NCBI GenBank assembly: GCA_963815195.1
Contig: CAWFGE010000019.1
Span: forward strand, 192,001 to 256,000
Source of the DNA: an uncultured Planctomycetaceae bacterium
Lineage (GTDB): Bacteria; Planctomycetota; Planctomycetia; Planctomycetales; Planctomycetaceae
Length of the DNA: 64,000 nucleotides
Direction: 5' to 3'
The position numbers and the translations under genes were made by a program. Below are positions 22,726 through 32,559 of the stretch, piece by piece. The notes below the pieces were generated by a model, which ran no database searches, had not been told where the DNA came from, and was given only the letters and a program-made list of their open reading frames with translations. Numbering within the stretch: the stretch's first letter is position 1; each line of letters opens with the position of its first letter.

Positions 22726-25700
22726 CTACTCCGGCTTGACCAGAATCCACATCGGCGAAGCCCAGACGAGTTCGCCCGCCGCCCCTTCGAGATCGGGCAC
22801 CTGCTCGCCGCGGACATAATAGTAGCTCGTCTTGCCGGCGGTCGGATGCGGATCGGTCCATTGGAAATGCACATCGTTCTGGTTCGGCTCGACGATGTGC
22901 ACTTCTTCGTCGTCCTTGATGATCGTCACCTTGGCGATCTTTTCGCGCCGATCAGATGCACGTCAATCGTCGGGGCGGTCTTCGTGGTGAACTCCTCGCC
23001 CATGAAATGCACCGTGCCGCCGACCTTGCAGCGGACGTCCGCGACGATGTTGTCCGTCGAGCCGTACACCCGGCGTTTGCGGATGGCGTCGAGGATGCCT
23101 TTCCGCGTCGGCTCGGTCACCAGGACGTTACAGTAGCTGAGGTGCGTGGAGATGTGGTCGCTGCTGGACTCGAACGCCAGGCGGTAGCCTTTGAGCAGAG
23201 CCAGATTGACGAAGCCTTTGGGACGCCAGCCGCCGAGGCTTTCTTTCTCCGGCGTGGACTGTTTGAGACGGGCTTCGGTCACGGCGGACCGGGGCGCGTC
23301 GGGGCGTTCGTAGTTGTTGCGGTCGCCTTGATAGATTTCCACGAACGGCTCGACTTCGGGATCGTTGTTTCGCCAATCGGTGCCCATGTTGGTCGCCGAC
23401 GTGTGTGAAGCGCAGATTCCGCCGAAGTAGTGCAAATACATATAGAGCAGATTCGTGTCGGGGGCGGGGGCGAACTTGTCGGGCGAGGAAATGGGCAGCC
23501 GGGGCAGCGACCGCACGCCGCGGTAGGCGAACATGCAGTTGCGATGCCCTTCGGGATACCGCACGCTGCGTTCGTAGCTGTAAACGGGAACGAAATGGCC
23601 CGGCAGCGTGAACAGCGTGACGGCTTTCTGCGTGGTCCACCAGGAATACTCGCGGCCGTTGCCGAAATCGTGGTCGCCGTCGCCGATCCAATCCATGCAA
23701 GCCGCATCGATGGCATACCGCCACAAGTCGAGCAGCCCGCCGTCGCCTCCGCCGTCGGGAGACAGTTCGGTGTGCCGGTGAAATTCGCCGCGCCAGATCC
23801 GCAGCGTTTCATCGCCGAGCTCCACGCGATAAGCCCGCATGCGCTGGATGTCCTCGCGTTCGGCGGGCACGTCGGGGGCGATGCCGGCGGGCGTTTCCGC
23901 GGGAATCGCCGCCAGCTTCGGTTGGCCGGCCGCGTTCTCGAAATGCGTTCCCTCAACCACGCTGTAGAGCAAATTGTTGTTCGGATCGATTTGATTGAGA
24001 TTCCGCCGGCGGATTCGCGGGGGGCGGTTGGGCTGTTGTTCCGCGGCCTTGATGTCGGCGTCGTCGCTGGTGCCCGGCAGATGCACATCCTCCATGTCGA
24101 GCGGGTTGACTTCCCCGCGGCCGTCGCCCGAGAACACCGCCAGGATGTCCGAATTTCCGACCGCCACGAGAGCCGGGCGGTTGTCGAGAATATTGTTGGT
24201 GTGCGGGATCCACACCGCGTCCGCCCAGCCGTCCGCTCCCAGTTTCGTGAGATATTCGCACCACACCGAGCCGACGTTGACACGCCAGTTGCCCCCGGGC
24301 TTGCCGCGAAACGCGAGCCAAACCTGGCCCTTGCCGTCGCAAGCCAGGCGGGGATAAGTCGGGGCGATGTTCACGATCGGCGACCGCCGGGGGCCTCGCT
24401 GTTGCCGATTCGGATTGCCCGCCGCACCGCGCCGCCGGGGCGTCGCCGAGGGGACGGCGTCCATCACGTCTTCGGGCTCGAACCATTGGCCTTTTTGATC
24501 CCGAACCTTCACCGCCAGACTCCGGCCCGTCTGGTACAGCGGGATGCCTTTCTTCTTTAAGGCGCCGAAATCTTTGCCCCATTGGTCGCCGCTGGATTCA
24601 TAAGCGATCCACAACCGGCCTTCCGCGTCGTAAACCAAGGAGGGCCTGACTTCAAACCCCAAAGACGCGGCCACGGCTTCGGGCGGACTCAGACGTCCCT
24701 CTTCGCCCCGGCTCGCGACATACACATCGTAATCGCCTTTGTCGAACGTGTCCCAGGCGACCGCCAAGTGGCCTTTCGAATCCGCGGCGATCGCCGGTTC
24801 CCATTCGTTGCCCTTAAAGTTGCTCGCGCGAACCGGCTTAGAAAACCCGCTGCCGGTTTGATGGGACGTGAAGACGTGAAAATTCTCTTCGCGGGCGCCG
24901 ACCCAGGCGACCCAAACGTTTCCGGCAGCGTCCGCAGCCGCGCAGGGCATGAAGTCGGTGCCCGGCGTTCCACTGATATTTACGGGGTCGGCGGGGTTCT
25001 TGCCATCGGCATCGAAGCTTCGCGCCATGACTTCCCAATTGCCGTAATCGAGGTTCTGGTCCGCATCGCGATGAGCCGAATAAAACACCCACACCCGGCC
25101 GTCGCCTGCGACCGCAATCGCCGGCCGATAGAGTTCCAGTTTGCCGTCGGTGACGGGAATCGGATCGCTCCAGCGTCCGCCGCGGAGCATCTGCAAATAA
25201 AGCTGCTCGCCACCCGCGGGTTGGGCGAGATAATCCAGGTCGCCGGGCTGTTCGATCATGCGGACCGGCGTGTTGAAGTTATTGACCGGGCCGGACTCCT
25301 TCGTCGCCGGCCGTTCTCTGAGGCCCTGGAAATCCCGCCCGTGCGTGAACGCGAGATACACCACATACACCGTGCCGTCTTTGCCCGTCGCCACCGCTGG
25401 GTAATCTTCGTCGGCCATCGTCGCGGCGAGGGCGTGAACCGTCGGCACGCGCTCCACAATGACGTTGCCCGCCTTAAATGGCTGGCTCACGCCATAAGAC
25501 AATTGATCGAGCCGAAACTTGACGGTGGCCGGTTCGGTCACGAACTCCAATTCTTCATTGGGCCGGCACCCGGTCAGAGTGACGAGGATCCCATTGTCGG
25601 AGATCGGCAACTTCAGACCGGCCGCGATCCGCTGCCGCTGGGCCGCGTTCTGTGCATTCGCCCGCCGGGTGCGGACCTTCCAGGTGTTGTTCTCGGCGGA

Positions 25701-25931
25701 GTCGTTCTGCGACCACCGCCAACCGCGGATCGATTCCACCTTGCCCGATCCGGCGAGCAGCTTTCCGCTCCAGTCGGTCGGGGTTTGATCCTTCATGCCG
25801 AAGCGGATGCGGAGCGTGACCGGGTTCTCATCCGCGGCCCGGCCCAGGCCGCTCAAAACGACCAGGCAGAAAAGCATTCCGGGCACAAACGAAAGGACAA
25901 GGCCTTCACAAAACGGGGATTTGCGCTGCAT
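22726..25931 (-). CDS. Large secreted protein: propeller-like region + PHP-like metallohydrolase domain; apparent frameshift near 22940
   Basis: Signal peptide; PAVA/PAIA blade repeats; GEFHRHT, GDHD, GHRN, SHT, SSDH metal-ligand motifs; C-terminal YYYVR...WASPMW. Confidence 0.75.
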
Positions 25932-25957
25932 GTTGCACCTCGAAAAGAATGAGAATC

Positions 25958-25982
25958 TGAGCGGTAGGCGCTAGCCTCCGGT
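25958..25982 (+). repeat. REP-like unit, family A
   Basis: TGAGCGGTAGGCGCTAGCCTCCGGT resembles the RAYT-flanking repeats. Confidence 0.6.
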
Positions 25983-26032
25983 CTCCGGCCGCTCACTTTG
26001 GCGGAATCTGCATTATCAACACATTCTGAAAA

Positions 26033-27262
26033 TCATCCGGCCACGAATTGTGACATCACGCGGGTCACAAGCCAATATCCACCAACCACTGCGACGGAAA
26101 TCGATCCCGCCGGCACCAGGCGCGCCACGAGCTGCTCATTTCGCCTGGTGAGCCATAACAGGGGGAGAAAAACCACCGCCACGCCCAGTTGCCCGGCTTC
26201 GACGCCGAGGTTGAATTCCAACAGCGGCCAAAGCACGCCGCCGGGAATCGTCCCCAAACCGATGTCGCGGAGGGCCGAGGCGAACCCCAACCCGTGCACC
26301 AATCCGAATAAGCACGTCACCGCCGCCCGCCGCCAGAGCGCCGGCGTGCCGAACAGGTTTTCGATGGCCACATACACGATCGACAACGCGATCACAGGCT
26401 CCACAATCTCGCCCGGCAGCCGCACGACGTCGAGGGCCGCGAGCGCCAACGTGATGGAATGCGCCACGGTGAAACACGTGATGATCACCGCGGCTTCTTT
26501 GAACTTCGTGCACGTCAACAAGAGCGCGGCCAGAAACAACAAATGATCGTAGCCGGTGATGATGTGCTCGACGCCGAACAGAAAAAACGAGATTCGCGAA
26601 GACGGTTGGCCCGACACCGGCGCGGTCTTCGGCTTTCGAACCACGGGGGCCGACTCCTTGACCTCGGCGGACGATTCTTTCGAGCCAACGCGTTGGGCCG
26701 GTGGCCCGTTGGTTTGAGCGGGCGGCTTCACGGCCGAGCCCTTGGCGGGCGGCACGGCGGTGAATCCCGCGTCCCGCTCCACCGTCAACACATCCTCCAA
26801 GCGGATCAGGCCCCGCTCCCCATCGGCGGGCGTTTCGCGGCGATCTTCGATAAACAGCAATTGCCGATGCCCGCGCGGCATGTGGATCAGGTGCTTGGAC
26901 CACACGAGCAATTCCACGGTCTCGTTCGACGGAGAAAAATCGTAATCGACATCGACCTCGATCAAGCCCACTTCCAAAAGGAACGCCTTGACCTTCACGG
27001 GCCGGAGCGGCTGTTCGTCGATCTGCAATTCCACAACCTCGCCCGCCGACTTTTCCAATTCGCGGCACACGTCGGCGACGTAGTCGGGATATTTCCCCGG
27101 CGGAAACCAGTCTCCCAAATCCCGCGTGTGCAGCGTGAGCGCGGCTTGCATCCGTCCCGGCATGACCGTGACGTGCATCCCGCTGAATCCTTCCGGATGC
27201 GCGAACGCCGCCGAGACACAACACAACTGCAACAGCCCCGCCAAAAGCCAGCCAATCGCCAT
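26033..27262 (-). CDS. HupE/UreJ-family membrane protein
   Basis: GVEHIITGYDHLLFL, FTVAHSITL, FGLVHGLGFA, FNLGVEAGQL. The start codon is uncertain. Confidence 0.9.
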   Translation of the reverse strand: MAIGWLLAGLLQLCCVSAAFAHPEGFSGMHVTVMPGRMQAALTLHTRDLGDWFPPGKYPDYVADVCRELEKSAGEVVELQIDEQPLRPVKVKAFLLEVGLIEVDVDYDFSPSNETVELLVWSKHLIHMPRGHRQLLFIEDRRETPADGERGLIRLEDVLTVERDAGFTAVPPAKGSAVKPPAQTNGPPAQRVGSKESSAEVKESAPVVRKPKTAPVSGQPSSRISFFLFGVEHIITGYDHLLFLAALLLTCTKFKEAAVIITCFTVAHSITLALAALDVVRLPGEIVEPVIALSIVYVAIENLFGTPALWRRAAVTCLFGLVHGLGFASALRDIGLGTIPGGVLWPLLEFNLGVEAGQLGVAVVFLPLLWLTRRNEQLVARLVPAGSISVAVVGGYWLVTRVMSQFVAG

Positions 27263-27490
27263 CCGCCTCCCCTCGCCGCCGGAACGAGGAGATCGATAAA
27301 GCCAAAACGTGGGCGGGTTTCGCCGCCGGGATGTCGATGCGTGTTCCAACCCCGATGACTCCGGCATCCAGGACGAGAGATGATAAGGAAAACGGTCCAA
27401 GGCCGATGGGATGAGTAGATTCTACCGCGATTCTCAGCCCACGCAATTCAGCACGTTCCCCGGATCATCTTTCCGGCTCATGGAACCCGT

Positions 27491-28786
27491 TCACTTCTTG
27501 GCGGGCAATTCCAGGGACATGAGTTTATCGGCGTCGCGGACATAAAGTCGGCCGTTCGCCAAGGCGGGCAAGGCGCGGATGGTATTGTTGCTGAGGCGCG
27601 TGCGGGCCAGTTCGCGATAGGCGGCCGTGTCGAGGGCGGCCATCACGAGTTCGCCGTCGGTGGTGAGGATCAACAGTTTGCCGTCGGCCGCCAAAAGCGT
27701 GGCGTATCCCAGCCCGGCTTTTTCCCAGAGGACTTTTTGCGCCAAGGGATCGATGCAGCGGAGCACCGGTTCGCCCACATCCTGCCGGCCGTGGATGCCG
27801 ATGAGCTTTCCTTTATGCTCAATGGGCGTTGTGTATTGGCTAGAAAGCAGGTCGTCGTTTTGCCAGAGGATCTTGGCGTTGTTCGGTTCGATTTTCGCGA
27901 ACACCGCCCCGGCTCCGTAGCTGGCGGTGACGAAGAGCTTGTCGCCCAAAATCACAGGATTGGCCGCACTGACTTTGGGGCCGGGGGCATTATAGGGAAA
28001 CCGAAACTGCAACTTGCCGTTGGCGGGATCGACCGAAACCACGCTCAGCCGCGCGATGACGAGCACGTGCCGGACGTCGTTCACGGTTGCGAGCATCGGC
28101 GAGGAATAGCCGGCCCGTTCCTTGGTGCTTTTCCAGAGTGTTTTTCCATCCTTGAGGGCGAACGCCACGATGCCCGCCTCGGCCGCGTCGCCGCCCACGT
28201 TGACGATCAGTTTGTCATCGACCGCCAGAGGCGTGCTGCCGATGCCGAAGTAACCCTCCGGCGGTTCGCCGCGGAACGGGCGTTTGGAATTGTAATCCTG
28301 ATAGGTGTCGCGGTGCCAAATTTCGTTTCCCGTGGCGAAATCCAGACAGCGAAGCTGCCCCATTGCTCCGTAAACGTACACGCGGTTTTTGTGAATCAAA
28401 GGCGTGCACCGGGGGCCGTTGTCGGAAATAAACGAAGGCACATAGCTCGCCTCAAAATCTTTCTTCCACAACAACTTGCCGGTCCGGGCATCCAAGGCTT
28501 CCACACGCTCCGAGCCGCCCACGCGATGAAACACGACGAGTTTCCCATCGGCGACCGCGGGGCCGGCGAACCCGTCGCCCACTTCGTGAGTCCAGGACGT
28601 CTTCAACCCGCCGTCCGGCCAGCGGTCGGCCAGGTTTTCCTTTTCCGCGATCCCGTTCCGGTTCGGCCCCAGAATCTGCGGCCAATCCCCGGCCCGGCTC
28701 GTTCCGGTGGATAATAAAAGAGCAACCGCGGTCGTCCCTGCCAAGAAAAAACGCATCGGATCGAAACTCGACAAAAGAGGGTTCAT
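27491..28786 (-). CDS. PQQ-binding-like beta-propeller protein
   Basis: Signal peptide, DWPQILGPNRNG, GPRCTP, YSSP, PALANGRLYVR. Confidence 0.9.
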   Translation of the reverse strand: MNPLLSSFDPMRFFLAGTTAVALLLSTGTSRAGDWPQILGPNRNGIAEKENLADRWPDGGLKTSWTHEVGDGFAGPAVADGKLVVFHRVGGSERVEALDARTGKLLWKKDFEASYVPSFISDNGPRCTPLIHKNRVYVYGAMGQLRCLDFATGNEIWHRDTYQDYNSKRPFRGEPPEGYFGIGSTPLAVDDKLIVNVGGDAAEAGIVAFALKDGKTLWKSTKERAGYSSPMLATVNDVRHVLVIARLSVVSVDPANGKLQFRFPYNAPGPKVSAANPVILGDKLFVTASYGAGAVFAKIEPNNAKILWQNDDLLSSQYTTPIEHKGKLIGIHGRQDVGEPVLRCIDPLAQKVLWEKAGLGYATLLAADGKLLILTTDGELVMAALDTAAYRELARTRLSNNTIRALPALANGRLYVRDADKLMSLELPAKK

Positions 28787-28879
28787 GGATTTTCAAACGC
28801 CGGCCTCTCAGAATAAAACAACAACGGCCAAATTGCGAATGTCCGCGTGAAACCTCTCCTGGAAACTTCCAAACGAACC

Positions 28880-29956
28880 ATGCCCCACACCAACACCACG
28901 ACCGTGATCATCGGCCAAGGCCTGGCGGGGACGGTCTTGGCCTGGCAGCTTCTGTGGCGGGGGGAATCGCTCGTGATGATTGACGACGGTTCCTTCCCCA
29001 CCGCGTCCCGGATCGCGGCCGGCCTGGTGACGCCCATCACCGGGCAGCGGCTCGTGCCCAGTTGGCGGTTCGCCGAGTTCTGGCCCGCCGCGCTAGGCTT
29101 TTATCGCCGGGTCGAGCAGGAAACCGGCCGATCGTTCTTCCGAGAAGTGCCGATGCTGCGGCTCTTCGGAAGCGAACAGGAACGCCTGCGGTTTTCGCAA
29201 TCACCATCCGCCGATTCCCCGGTTGCTGTCAAATATCCAGAACCACTCGTGGACGAGACCGCCTTCAAAAATGCATGGGGCGGATTTGAGATGCTCGGCG
29301 GACAGTTGGATGTCTGCGGGTTCCTGGAAACTTCGCGATCCTGGTTTGAAGACCGCGGGCTGTTGCGAACGAGTCGTGTCAATCTCCCCGCGGACCTGGA
29401 GTTGCAAATCGAATCCGTCGCCTTTTCCAAGTGGTACCTTGAAGCGAAGCGGGTGGTTTTTTGCGAAGGGTTTGCCGGTCGGAGAAATCCTTGGTTCCAG
29501 CGGGTGCCGTTTGATGCGGCCAAGGGGGAGATTCTGACGATCCGCGTGCCGGGCCTCGAGGAACAGCGGATCATCCACTGCGGGATTTGGCTGGCTCCGT
29601 TGGGAGAGGAACTGTTCCGCGCGGGAGCGACGTATGATCGGGAGAACCTGAACAACTTGCCCACAGAAAGCGGACGCGAGGAAATCTGCCGGCAGCTTCA
29701 AACCTTATTGCGATTGCCGTTTGAAGTCGTCGATCATCACGCGGCCGTGCGTCCCGTTGTGGTCGGCCGGCATCCGGTGATCGGATTGCATCCCCAATTT
29801 CCGCCGTTGGGTTATTGCAACGGCCTCGGTTCCAAAGGGGCACTCCAGGCTCCGTTCGTTGCGGAGCAGTTCGCGAGGTTTCTCCAAGGCGCGGGCGAGA
29901 TTGAAGACATCCTGAACCTCCGGCAGCGGTTTGGCGATATGTTATGGAACGATTGA
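28880..29956 (+). CDS. FAD-dependent oxidoreductase, DAO/DadA family (MnmC oxidase-like)
   Basis: IIGQGLAG dinucleotide motif, ASRIAAGLVTP, KGEIL, GATY, GLGSKG. Confidence 0.85.
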   Translation: MPHTNTTTVIIGQGLAGTVLAWQLLWRGESLVMIDDGSFPTASRIAAGLVTPITGQRLVPSWRFAEFWPAALGFYRRVEQETGRSFFREVPMLRLFGSEQERLRFSQSPSADSPVAVKYPEPLVDETAFKNAWGGFEMLGGQLDVCGFLETSRSWFEDRGLLRTSRVNLPADLELQIESVAFSKWYLEAKRVVFCEGFAGRRNPWFQRVPFDAAKGEILTIRVPGLEEQRIIHCGIWLAPLGEELFRAGATYDRENLNNLPTESGREEICRQLQTLLRLPFEVVDHHAAVRPVVVGRHPVIGLHPQFPPLGYCNGLGSKGALQAPFVAEQFARFLQGAGEIEDILNLRQRFGDMLWND

Positions 29957-30510
29957 CTGAGAAAGCCCATCAAATCGTGCGCTCTCGTGTGAGGCCGGGC
30001 GATGTGGCGATCGATGCCACCGCGGGGAACGGATACGACACCTTGTTCCTCAGCGAAGCCGTGGGAGACGCGGGGCTTGTGTTTGCCTTCGATGTGCAGC
30101 CGGCGGCTCTTGAGCAAACCGCCGCGCGGTTGGAAAATGCCGGCCGAAGCAACGTGCTGCTCGTGCCGCACAATCACGCGGAGTTGGCGAGTCACATCCC
30201 CGCCGAGCACCACGGCCAAATCGCCGCGGTGATGTTCAACCTGGGCTACTTGCCGGGATCCGACAAATCGTTCCACACGAAACCGGAAACCACAGGGTGG
30301 GCCATCCTGGGCGCGTTGCCTTGGCTCCGCGCGGACGGCGTTTTGACCGTGCTCGCCTACACGGGGCATCCCGGTGGGCTGGAGGAAGCCGCCGCCGTGC
30401 ACCAATTGCTGCAAAGCCTTTCTGGAGAGGAATTTACAGTCGAAACTCATGTCCCGGACCGGCCGTCGGCTCCACAACTGTTCGTGGTCGCCCGGCGGCA
30501 TAATCCGTAG
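29944..30510 (+). CDS. mnmM: SAM-dependent methyltransferase, YtqB/MnmM family
   Basis: DATAGNGYDTLFL, AFDVQ, FNLGYLPGSDK and YTGHPGG closely follow the YtqB/MnmM motifs. Confidence 0.8.
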   Translation: MERLTEKAHQIVRSRVRPGDVAIDATAGNGYDTLFLSEAVGDAGLVFAFDVQPAALEQTAARLENAGRSNVLLVPHNHAELASHIPAEHHGQIAAVMFNLGYLPGSDKSFHTKPETTGWAILGALPWLRADGVLTVLAYTGHPGGLEEAAAVHQLLQSLSGEEFTVETHVPDRPSAPQLFVVARRHNP

Positions 30511-30632
30511 CGGATCGAGGATTTTCTTCCGAAAACGATGTTTCTCCGCGGTCGAAATCCTCGGAATTCGTATGATACAATGCATTGACCACGGAAGAAT
30601 TAAAAACTCAATAGTTCCAAATTACGGTAAAA

Positions 30633-30730
30633 AGGACCGAAGGTCCGGGCCTATGTCAGCCCAGGGCAAGCGCAGCGCCGCCCTGGGTTATGGATGATAA
30701 ATGAAACGCAAGCCCAGCGGGGCGGCCCTA
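30633..30730 (+). repeat. REP-like composite repeat, family C (left copy)
   Basis: AGGACCGAAGGTCC..CTATGTCAGCCCAGGGC...GCCCTGGG...GGGGCGGCCCTA; inverted relative to the copies at 30786 and 46504. Confidence 0.8.
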
Positions 30731-30785
30731 GAGGGCACGCGCAGGGGCAGCTTCAATCCCACGCACGCATTACGTATCTTCGGTT

Positions 30786-30846
30786 TAGGACCGCCCCTTT
30801 GGGCCTATTGCATTTTGTTTGTTCCTGGTCCCCAGGGCTGCGCCCT
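30786..30846 (-). repeat. Family C repeat, first part, interrupted by IS110
   Basis: TAGGACCGCCCC...CCCAGGGCTGCGCCCT; continues at 32501. Confidence 0.85.
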
Positions 30847-30860
30847 TATAGGATTTGCTG

Positions 30861-31160
30861 AGGGATGGATCGGCCGCGGGAGAGGGCGGGGGACGCAAGT
30901 CTCTCCCCACGGACTCTTCCGCGCCGGAGCCGATCCAGCGCCGTTTTTTTCCTGTTTTTCCAGCCCCAACTTTGAGAGGATCAAAATCAGGCACGCGTCG
31001 CCCCGCTACGAATCGTGCGCCCCATCGCTTCAACGATTGAGCCCAGACTTTCGAGCGGGACGATGCTCTTGGGAACCAACGAATCACTCCAGATGATGAC
31101 GCCAAAACGTCTCGGACTATAAGGTTTTCGCCCGCTCCCAAGATCGCGTGCCCTTTTTGA
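30861..31160 (+). ncRNA. Predicted IS110 bridge RNA (5' hairpin + target-binding loop + donor-binding loop)
   Basis: Guides TGCGCCC (31016-31022) and AGCCCAG (31040-31046) match the target; CAGATG (31090-31095) and CTATAAG (31117-31123) match the donor junction; each pair sits in an internal loop closed by stems. Ends are approximate. Confidence 0.85.
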
Positions 31161-31192
31161 TTGTGTTTCACTTTAACAGGAGACGATCCCCC

Positions 31193-32474
31193 ATGCACTC
31201 GAATTTGCTCGACCCCAATGCCTGTGTGCTGATCGGCCTCGATTGGGCCGACCGCGAACATGCCGTCTGCCGGCTGCTTCCCGACGGCGGAACCGAACAC
31301 CGGCAACTCGAACACACGCCCGAAGCGATTGCCGACTGGCTCGCCGGCCTGCGGAAGCAATTCCCCGGTCGCCCGATTCGGATCGCGTTGGAGCAAAGCT
31401 GCGGCGCGCTGATGAGCGCTCTGCCGTTTCGCCGACCTGGAACTCGAACTGTATCCCATCAATCCCAAGCAGCTGGCCCGCTATCGGGACGCGATTCATC
31501 CTTCGGGAGCGAAATCCGATCTAGACGATGCGCAGCTCTTGGCCCGCTTTCTGCAAAACCATCAGGAGCAACTCCTCCCGTTCGTGGCGGACGATCCCGA
31601 AACCCGCCGCCTGGCCGAGTTGTCCGAACTTCGCCGCAAGCTGGTCGATGACCGCAAAACCCTTGTGCAGAAGCTCGAAGGCACGCTCAAGCTGTATTTT
31701 CCGCAACTGCTCGAATGGTGTGCCGGGAAGAGTCGCCAACCCCTGTTGCTCGCCGTGCTTCGCCGCTGGCCGAGCTTGGGCGATCTTAAGCGGGCTCATC
31801 CCAAAACGCTTCGCACGTTCCTCGCCGAGCATGGCCTGCGGAACCCCGACCAGCAAACCGAGTGGATCGACAACGTCCGCCCCGCCACCCCGTTGACCGA
31901 GGATGCCAGTTTGATCGAACCCCGCGCGATGTACGCCCAAAGTCTCGGCCGGCAAATCGAGGAACTGAACGAGGCCATTGCCAAATTCGAGAAGCAACTG
32001 GACGAGGCGACCGCCGCGCATCCCGACCACGAACTGTTCCGCTCGCTGCCCGGTGCCGGCGACGTCCTCACGCCGCGACTCATCGTGGCGATGGGCTCCG
32101 ACCGGGACCGCTACCAAGACGCCGGGGACGTGCAATCCAAAAGCGGCATCGCCCCGATCACCAAGCAAAGCGGGAAGACCCGGCTCGTGTTGTCGCGAAT
32201 CGCCTGCCCCAAATTTCTCCGGCAGACATTCCACGAGTTCGCCGACCAGGCCCGCCGCTGGAGCGATTGGTCCCGAGCGTTCTATCAAATGAAACGCGCG
32301 GCCGGCATGAGCCACCACGCCGCGGTCCGCGCCTTGGCCTTCAAATGGATTCGCATCATCTTTCGGATGTGGCAAACCGGCACCCCTTACTCGGAAATGA
32401 AGTACCAGGAACAACTCACAATCAGAAACAGCCCCGTCTGGAATTTATTGGAAACAACAACAGAAACCACCTGA
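31193..32474 (+). CDS. IS110-family DEDD recombinase/transposase; one extra base near 31427
   Basis: RBS AGGAG; IGLDWA, ALEQ, KSDLDDA (DEDD tetrad); SLPGAG and GIAPITKQSGK with the conserved serine. Deleting one T in GTTTCGCC gives a 426-aa ORF. Confidence 0.93.
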
Positions 32475-32500
32475 AACCCACTTGAAAAAACCTCAGATGT

Positions 32501-32532
32501 CTGGGCTGACATAGGGCCGGGCCTTTGGCCCT
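32501..32532 (-). repeat. Family C repeat, second part, after IS110
   Basis: CTGGGCTGACATAGGGCCGGGCCTTTGGCCCT is a near reverse complement of 30633-30664. Confidence 0.85.
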
Positions 32533-32559
32533 CAGAATCCTCTCGTTCATTTGTCGCCC

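Larger units (their letters stand above)
30845..32502 (+). mobile_element. IS110-family insertion sequence (long left end, short right end), bounded by a CT core
   Basis: CT at 30845-30846 and 32501-32502; removing the element restores the palindrome CCCAGGGC-TGC-GCCCTGGG; no terminal inverted repeats seen. Confidence 0.93.

Noticed and set aside
30701..31096. ORFs across the IS110 left end (also 30785-31468 on the minus strand)
   Set aside because: They cross the element boundary and have no protein features; the region is better explained as structured RNA.
31420..31435. Programmed ribosomal frameshift in the transposase
   Set aside because: No slippery heptamer, not typical of IS110, and the window has many similar indels.
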